Positions 58,735 through 64,000 of a stretch of 64,000 nt of DNA are shown one piece after another. Position 1 is the first letter of the stretch, and each line of letters starts with the position of its first letter. Location: assembly GCA_029262295.1 (NCBI GenBank), contig JAJCZR010000050.1, positions 8,411 through 72,410 of the forward strand. Reading direction: 5' to 3'. The DNA comes from Deltaproteobacteria bacterium. GTDB taxonomy: Bacteria > Desulfobacterota_D > UBA1144 > Nemesobacterales > Nemesobacteraceae. The notes under the pieces were generated by a model that worked only from the letters and a program-made list of their open reading frames with translations, searched no databases and was not told where the DNA came from. Position numbers and translations under genes: made by a program.

Positions 58735-59790
58735 TTAATCAATTTTTTCAACCATTTTAAAGTATAATTGCTCATAATCACTGACAATTTTATTTATGCT
58801 AAATCTATTCTCAGCAACTTTTCTGCAATATGATCTATCGATGTTTTTCAAATTCAGTATAGATTGAATCATTTCTTCTTCAGTATCACAAACAAAACCT
58901 GTTTTGCCATGTTCTATACCCTCAGGAACTCCTCCCATTCTAAAAGATATAACTGGAGTACCACAAAGCATTGCTTCAGGGAGTACAATAGGGAATGGTT
59001 CCAACCATTCTATAGGCAATAAAAGTGCTGCTGCGTTTCCAAGCAATTCAACTTTTTGATTATCATCAACCATTCCAATGTAATTAATCAGATCACCATC
59101 TATATGTGGTTGTATTTCATTTTCAAAATACTCAATTTCTTGAGTTAATTTTGAAAGATTACCGGCAATTATTAATCTACGGTTAAGTTTTTTAGCAACT
59201 GAAATTGCAGTATGAGCACCTTTACATCTCTCCAATCTACCTAAAAAAACCAATGGCGCATTATCTGAATCTATATCTTCTTTTAATTGGTAATGGTTTT
59301 CTGGTGCACAATTATAAATAACAGACCAATCACCTCCTCCAACTAAACCTGTATTTTTAATAGCTTCACTTACTGCTGTGAAATGAATATTTTTTGAACC
59401 AAACATTTGTATTTTTTTAATATTAGCTGGGTTTATTTTCCGCATGTAAGTCTGAATTTTAGGAATATTTAAATTAGTAATACCAACAAGGTAAAAGAGA
59501 CGGCCAAAATTATGTACAACATCAAATTTTGAATAATACTTATAGTGTCTATATTGAATTTTAAGAATGTTTTTGATGTTACTAAATGTATTCCACTCAC
59601 CTTCTTTACCAAAAGGTTTAAATTCACATTTCACATTTGAATTTGGAGAAGCCCAAAGAGTTACTTTGTGTCCTCTGTTAAGTAAAGAATCAATTAAGTC
59701 TGCAACTACTCGTTCAATTCCACCATAATATTTTGGTGGAACTTCTATTAATGGATCCATGATTATTAATATATGAAGTTTCTTTAACAT
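58735..59790 (-). CDS. GT4 glycosyltransferase
   Basis: VPPKYYGGIERVV, FLGR...KG, PIEWLEPF..V..EAM.CGTPV. Confidence 0.9.
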   Translation of the reverse strand: MLKKLHILIIMDPLIEVPPKYYGGIERVVADLIDSLLNRGHKVTLWASPNSNVKCEFKPFGKEGEWNTFSNIKNILKIQYRHYKYYSKFDVVHNFGRLFYLVGITNLNIPKIQTYMRKINPANIKKIQMFGSKNIHFTAVSEAIKNTGLVGGGDWSVIYNCAPENHYQLKEDIDSDNAPLVFLGRLERCKGAHTAISVAKKLNRRLIIAGNLSKLTQEIEYFENEIQPHIDGDLINYIGMVDDNQKVELLGNAAALLLPIEWLEPFPIVLPEAMLCGTPVISFRMGGVPEGIEHGKTGFVCDTEEEMIQSILNLKNIDRSYCRKVAENRFSINKIVSDYEQLYFKMVEKID

Positions 59791-59827
59791 GATTTTTTAT
59801 TATTAGTTCAAACTAATACCTACTATT

Positions 59828-60793
59828 TTAAAATAAGTATAAGTTTTTGAATTTTTGGTAAGTTATTAAAATACGTTTTGTTATTTTCCAACCTATTATA
59901 TTTGTCATATTTTGAATTAGTGGTCTTTCATCTATTTTTAAATTTGAACCGCCAAGAGAATTTATTTCTTTTTCAGCTTCAAGCAATATTTCAGGATGAT
60001 CAGGATAGATTTGATAAAGAAAAAATTGCCACATATTTGCACATGCTAATTTGGTTCTGTCGCTACATTCTCGATCCAAAATCATTTTTTCGCAAAATTC
60101 ACAAACTTTAAAATAGGATTTGACCGCTTTTATATCTTTATTACTACTTAAACTGGGATTACCTGATCTGTAGTAAGCTTTTGCATTTTCGCAAAATATT
60201 ATTTTATTTGAATTTAATAATTGCCTTACAAAAAATTCAGTATCATCATTCAGACTTAGTTTCTCATTCCATAAGCCAGACGATTCTATTACTCTTCTTG
60301 GAATTAACCATGAAAGAGGGGGCATTGTGGCTTTGCCGTTAAATTGATCCAATATCCATTCAACCGGTTTTTCATAATCTTTATGGTCATTAAATACTTT
60401 AAAATCTGCAGTATTAATATCATCTTTATAGAACCTTGCCCATGAACATGTTGCTATGCAATCATGTGATTCACCCATTAATCTTTGTAACTGTATATCA
60501 ATTTTATCAATATCTAAAATATCATCTGCATCCAAAAATTGTATATAATCACCTTTTGATTCATTATATGCCAGATTTCTGGCTGCACTGGCACCCTTAT
60601 TTTCCTGAGTTAAAACTTTAACTTCTGGGGATTTAAAGCTGTTTATAATATCAAGGCTATTATCAGTTGAGCCATCGTCTACAAATATAACTTCAATATT
60701 GCCCCAGGTCTGATTAATTACGGATTCACAAGTATCAACAACCCATTTTTCAGCATTATAGACTGGAATTAATATAGAGACTAAAGGATTCAT
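59828..60793 (-). CDS. GT2 glycosyltransferase
   Basis: VSILIPVYN, VDDGSTD, GASAARN, FLDADD. Confidence 0.92.
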   Translation of the reverse strand: MNPLVSILIPVYNAEKWVVDTCESVINQTWGNIEVIFVDDGSTDNSLDIINSFKSPEVKVLTQENKGASAARNLAYNESKGDYIQFLDADDILDIDKIDIQLQRLMGESHDCIATCSWARFYKDDINTADFKVFNDHKDYEKPVEWILDQFNGKATMPPLSWLIPRRVIESSGLWNEKLSLNDDTEFFVRQLLNSNKIIFCENAKAYYRSGNPSLSSNKDIKAVKSYFKVCEFCEKMILDRECSDRTKLACANMWQFFLYQIYPDHPEILLEAEKEINSLGGSNLKIDERPLIQNMTNIIGWKITKRILITYQKFKNLYLF

Positions 60794-61735
60794 TCAGTTG
60801 TTTTTCCTAAGTTTTGGTTTTAATAATCTTATTGAATATTCTCTTATTCTCAAAGCAAGATAAGGATCGATTTTGGATATAAACCTGAAACTTTTACTTC
60901 CATATAAATCTTTCTTTTTATCCAGTTTAAGTGCAAGATTCATTGCTTTATCTGCTGTTTCCCAGTCCAAAAATGAAGCAAGAACTCCAGCATTTTTTCT
61001 AAGCTCTTTTGATATTTCAGAGAAATATTTTGGTTCAACTGCTTCCGCTGTTTTTTTTAAAACATGGTAGTGGGCAACAGCACATTTGAGTTGATTATCG
61101 GAAGACATCGAATTACTCAATTTATAATTAATGATTGTTACTGTATTATCAGCATCAAATGAAATCCCCGACCTTGCCAGGCGATGATGAAAGGCTTCAT
61201 CTTCATTATATAAAACATTTGGATCGAGATCATATCCGCCAACTTCTAAAAAATTTTTTTTATTATAAATACCACATATTGAAACAATCTTATTATCAAT
61301 TACATACCCGATCGAATCCTTTTTTAATTCATCCGAATCATAATGTTTTATAGATAATAATTTGCCAGTCTCATAATCTTTATATTCATAGGAAAAAACA
61401 ACAACATCTGGACAATCAGGCTTATTTATCCATCTTTGAGCGGTTTCAACAAAATGAGGATAAAGATCATCATCAGCATCATGAAAATGAAGCCAGTCTG
61501 ATTTGGATATATTTGCGAGTTGGTTTTTACCGTGGGAACATCCTCTGTTAATATCTCCATTAACAACTTCAGCCCCTAAATCTTTTGCTACTGTTTCAGT
61601 ATTGTCTGTACTGCAATCGTTGTAAACAAGAATTTCATCAAAAGGAACAGTTTGGTTATTTGCTGAAGTTAGTAGGCGGAGCAAATATTTTTCTGCATTA
61701 TATGCAGGAATACATAGTGCAATTGTGTTACTCAT
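60794..61735 (-). CDS. GT2 glycosyltransferase
   Basis: CIPAYNA, NDCSTD, FHDADD, NED. Confidence 0.9.
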   Translation of the reverse strand: MSNTIALCIPAYNAEKYLLRLLTSANNQTVPFDEILVYNDCSTDNTETVAKDLGAEVVNGDINRGCSHGKNQLANISKSDWLHFHDADDDLYPHFVETAQRWINKPDCPDVVVFSYEYKDYETGKLLSIKHYDSDELKKDSIGYVIDNKIVSICGIYNKKNFLEVGGYDLDPNVLYNEDEAFHHRLARSGISFDADNTVTIINYKLSNSMSSDNQLKCAVAHYHVLKKTAEAVEPKYFSEISKELRKNAGVLASFLDWETADKAMNLALKLDKKKDLYGSKSFRFISKIDPYLALRIREYSIRLLKPKLRKNN

Positions 61736-63059
61736 TATTTTTGAATTTATTAATTGTTCTTTTTATTCCGTAACCGGCTAATTTTTTAAGCGGAAGATTA
61801 TCAAGCAGTGAATCAAAACCATCCTGTCCATATTCGGGACTAAGGAATCTGATTATCCAGTCATTAACTTTTTTATTTTCTTTACCTTTTGAAATTAAAT
61901 ATTTATATCTATCAATCTTTTTCCTGACTATTGTATTTGGATCAAGCTCTTTTGAAATTGTCTCTCTTGCATTATCACCAATCTTTTTTATTTCAGATTG
62001 ATCCATTCCCTCAAGTTTTAAAATAAGCTCTGCAAGCTTTTCAGGATCATTATCACTATATGTAAAACCATTAACTCCATTTTCTATCAGACCTGATGCT
62101 CCTGCACCTTCAGAACATATAACAGGCTTCCCACTTGCCATAAACTCAATACATGTAAAATTAAACATATCCCATGTTGATGGCACTATTCCATATCTCG
62201 AATTTCTTTGATATTCCAAAACTTTTTCATAAGGAAGTATCCCAGGTTTATTAACCTTGTTTTTCCAGACATTGGAATATTTCTCTTCTAAATATGAAGA
62301 CATACTAATTTTGTTTTCCAGATAATTAGTATCTCTTCCAATCCAGTTTATTTCAGGGGCTTTATCCCCAAGTTTTTCAAGTGCTTCACATAAGATTGAA
62401 GGCCCCTTCCAGTATTGAATACGTCCGACTACCAAAGGTTTTCCATTAAATTCGTTTTTAGTTTCCTTGAATTCATCTAAAGAAAACGCCGGGGGAATAT
62501 ATTTTATAGTATTATCAAGACTTCCATTCCAGAAAGATAAATTCGATTTGCTATGAGTATGCAGTTCATCAACATATTTCAACGTGTTTACTTCGATCAT
62601 TCTTATCAAGTCTGACTGTAAAGCTTGTCCTATAACAGGGTCAAAATAATCTATCTGCCCAATACTTCCATGTAGAGTTGTTGCTAAAGGAATTTCAGAT
62701 TCCGAAATTGCCCAGGGAATATAATTAAGTCCCCAGTCTGTTGTTTCAACTATATCAAAACCTTTCCCATAACCAGCTTGTTCATACATAGCCCAGGCAG
62801 ATGCAAAATGTTTTCTGAGTTCAGGGAATATCTCAAACTTTGTAAATAATTCATGGTATTTCTCAAATAAATTTTGTTTTAGATACTCAATTGAGACATT
62901 TCCCTTTACTTGTCCATTCTCACCAATAGTAAATGCACTACCAACAACTACTTTGATGCTATCAACATTTGCTGATAAAGCATTTATATAATTATCATAA
63001 AATGTTGCAATTCCCCCACCTGCAGGAACATATTCAGGTAAAATAAATAATATTTTCAA
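61728..63059 (-). CDS. GT4 glycosyltransferase
   Basis: GGGIATF, GRIQYWKG, PS.WD.FN.TC.E.MASGKPV. Confidence 0.85.
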   Translation of the reverse strand: MKILFILPEYVPAGGGIATFYDNYINALSANVDSIKVVVGSAFTIGENGQVKGNVSIEYLKQNLFEKYHELFTKFEIFPELRKHFASAWAMYEQAGYGKGFDIVETTDWGLNYIPWAISESEIPLATTLHGSIGQIDYFDPVIGQALQSDLIRMIEVNTLKYVDELHTHSKSNLSFWNGSLDNTIKYIPPAFSLDEFKETKNEFNGKPLVVGRIQYWKGPSILCEALEKLGDKAPEINWIGRDTNYLENKISMSSYLEEKYSNVWKNKVNKPGILPYEKVLEYQRNSRYGIVPSTWDMFNFTCIEFMASGKPVICSEGAGASGLIENGVNGFTYSDNDPEKLAELILKLEGMDQSEIKKIGDNARETISKELDPNTIVRKKIDRYKYLISKGKENKKVNDWIIRFLSPEYGQDGFDSLLDNLPLKKLAGYGIKRTINKFKNNE

Positions 63060-63077
63060 GGTATAAAATTATAACTA

Positions 63078-64000
63078 TTAGTTTTTAAAAGCTGCTTCAA
63101 TATCAGACTGAAATTGGTTGTGAATATTATTGGGATTAAATAATGATTTAGCCAATCTAACTGAATCTTTTGACATATCTTCCCATTCAGTTTTTTTAGT
63201 TAAACTTTCAAATAGTTTTTCCATTTCTTTATAGTTTTTATTAGTAAGATGTGCTTTCCAGGAATTTTCTTTAGCCCAAACACCTAAAGAAGTATCATCC
63301 CTGGAAATGATAATAATTGGGAAACCTAAATGTGAATACTCAATCAATTTACTTGGAAAACTTGTGTTTAACCAAGGTTCATTATCTAAATTTAATGGGT
63401 GTATAACAAGTATTAAACTAGCATTATTATATAAATAATTCAGACTATCTTCATTACTATTAAAATAATTGTTATGCTTAACATTGTCTTGAAGATCAAT
63501 TAATCTTTTTAGGCTCTCAGAAGTAATATTGGTGATTATTTCGAGCGTTCCATTAACCCTTTTCAGGGCATTCGAAACGTCTTCCAAATGTTTTACTTGT
63601 GATTCGTAGACATATCCTGAATAAATAATTTTTGGATTAACAGAGAAAGAATCATTCCAACTTTTGAATTGACCAATACCTCCATGTGGAATTGGGTAAA
63701 GAATTTTTATATTTTTTTCATTGTTATCATCTTTATAAATTTGCTTTAAATTTTCTGATACTGTCCAAACAACTTTTGAACTATTTAATATTTTGATTAT
63801 AAAATTTTTAGATTGATCTATATTTTTTTCTCTTTTTTCATATAATTCCATTTGATCAAACAAAAAAGTAAATAAAGGTTTTTTGTGAATATATGAAAGA
63901 AAATTGGCAAACAACGGATATAAAATATTATTTGATGGAATTGATGTGAGAATACATGTTTTTTTATTAATTTTTAGTTTATTTCGACAATGCAAATAAA
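63078..64000 (-). CDS. Probable GT-B glycosyltransferase, C-terminal part (truncated by window end)
   Basis: IIYSG, TSFPSKLIEY...G.PI; frame open to window end. Confidence 0.6.
   Translation of the reverse strand, partial: YLHCRNKLKINKKTCILTSIPSNNILYPLFANFLSYIHKKPLFTFLFDQMELYEKREKNIDQSKNFIIKILNSSKVVWTVSENLKQIYKDDNNEKNIKILYPIPHGGIGQFKSWNDSFSVNPKIIYSGYVYESQVKHLEDVSNALKRVNGTLEIITNITSESLKRLIDLQDNVKHNNYFNSNEDSLNYLYNNASLILVIHPLNLDNEPWLNTSFPSKLIEYSHLGFPIIIISRDDTSLGVWAKENSWKAHLTNKNYKEMEKLFESLTKKTEWEDMSKDSVRLAKSLFNPNNIHNQFQSDIEAAFKN

Noticed and set aside
874..61773. Many 60-170 aa antisense or out-of-frame ORFs in the track (e.g. 15336-15839, 33555-33992, 35865-36230)
   Set aside because: They lie wholly or largely within well-supported genes and have no motifs; treated as shadow ORFs.
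1..64000. tRNA/rRNA genes and anti-phage systems (CBASS, RM, retron)
   Set aside because: None recognised by eye. The DAC is the housekeeping CdaA type and the methyltransferases are glycan or rRNA types. tRNAscan-SE and DefenseFinder would confirm.

Overview
AT-rich bacterial chromosomal segment. Gene order (folP-dacA-ybbR-glmM-pdxJ-acpS; xerD-S2P-scpAB) resembles deltaproteobacteria-like lineages such as Ca. Dadabacteria; this is inference only. Positions ~1-39 kb are mostly housekeeping genes (folP, dacA, glmM, pdxJ, acpS, folC, rpe, rsmB, metK, ahcY, xerD, scpAB, ybeY, cdsA, nfo, recN, proA) with small accessory inserts. Positions ~39-64 kb are a long minus-strand surface-polysaccharide locus (gmd/fcl, UDP-GlcA decarboxylase, cysC, many GT2/GT4 genes, five methyltransferases, two acyl/acetyltransferases, a Wzy-like protein) that runs off the window. 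The best hidden signal is an unannotated GEMM-I (c-di-GMP-I type) riboswitch at ~19279-19360. It heads a stand-alone unit (promoter, riboswitch, gene, terminator) encoding a secreted, Cys-rich protein capped at both ends by Ser-Asp repeats. Also notable: a DnaD-like plus DnaC-like pair inside a housekeeping operon, a PurN paralogue lacking catalytic residues, an unannotated 28-aa Lys-rich peptide coupled to a GT4-GH15 cassette, a GT2/phosphoglycosyltransferase fusion, and two REP/BoxC-like palindromes. No rRNA, tRNA, CRISPR array or intact transposase was recognised. All family calls are from motif recognition by eye, without database searches.
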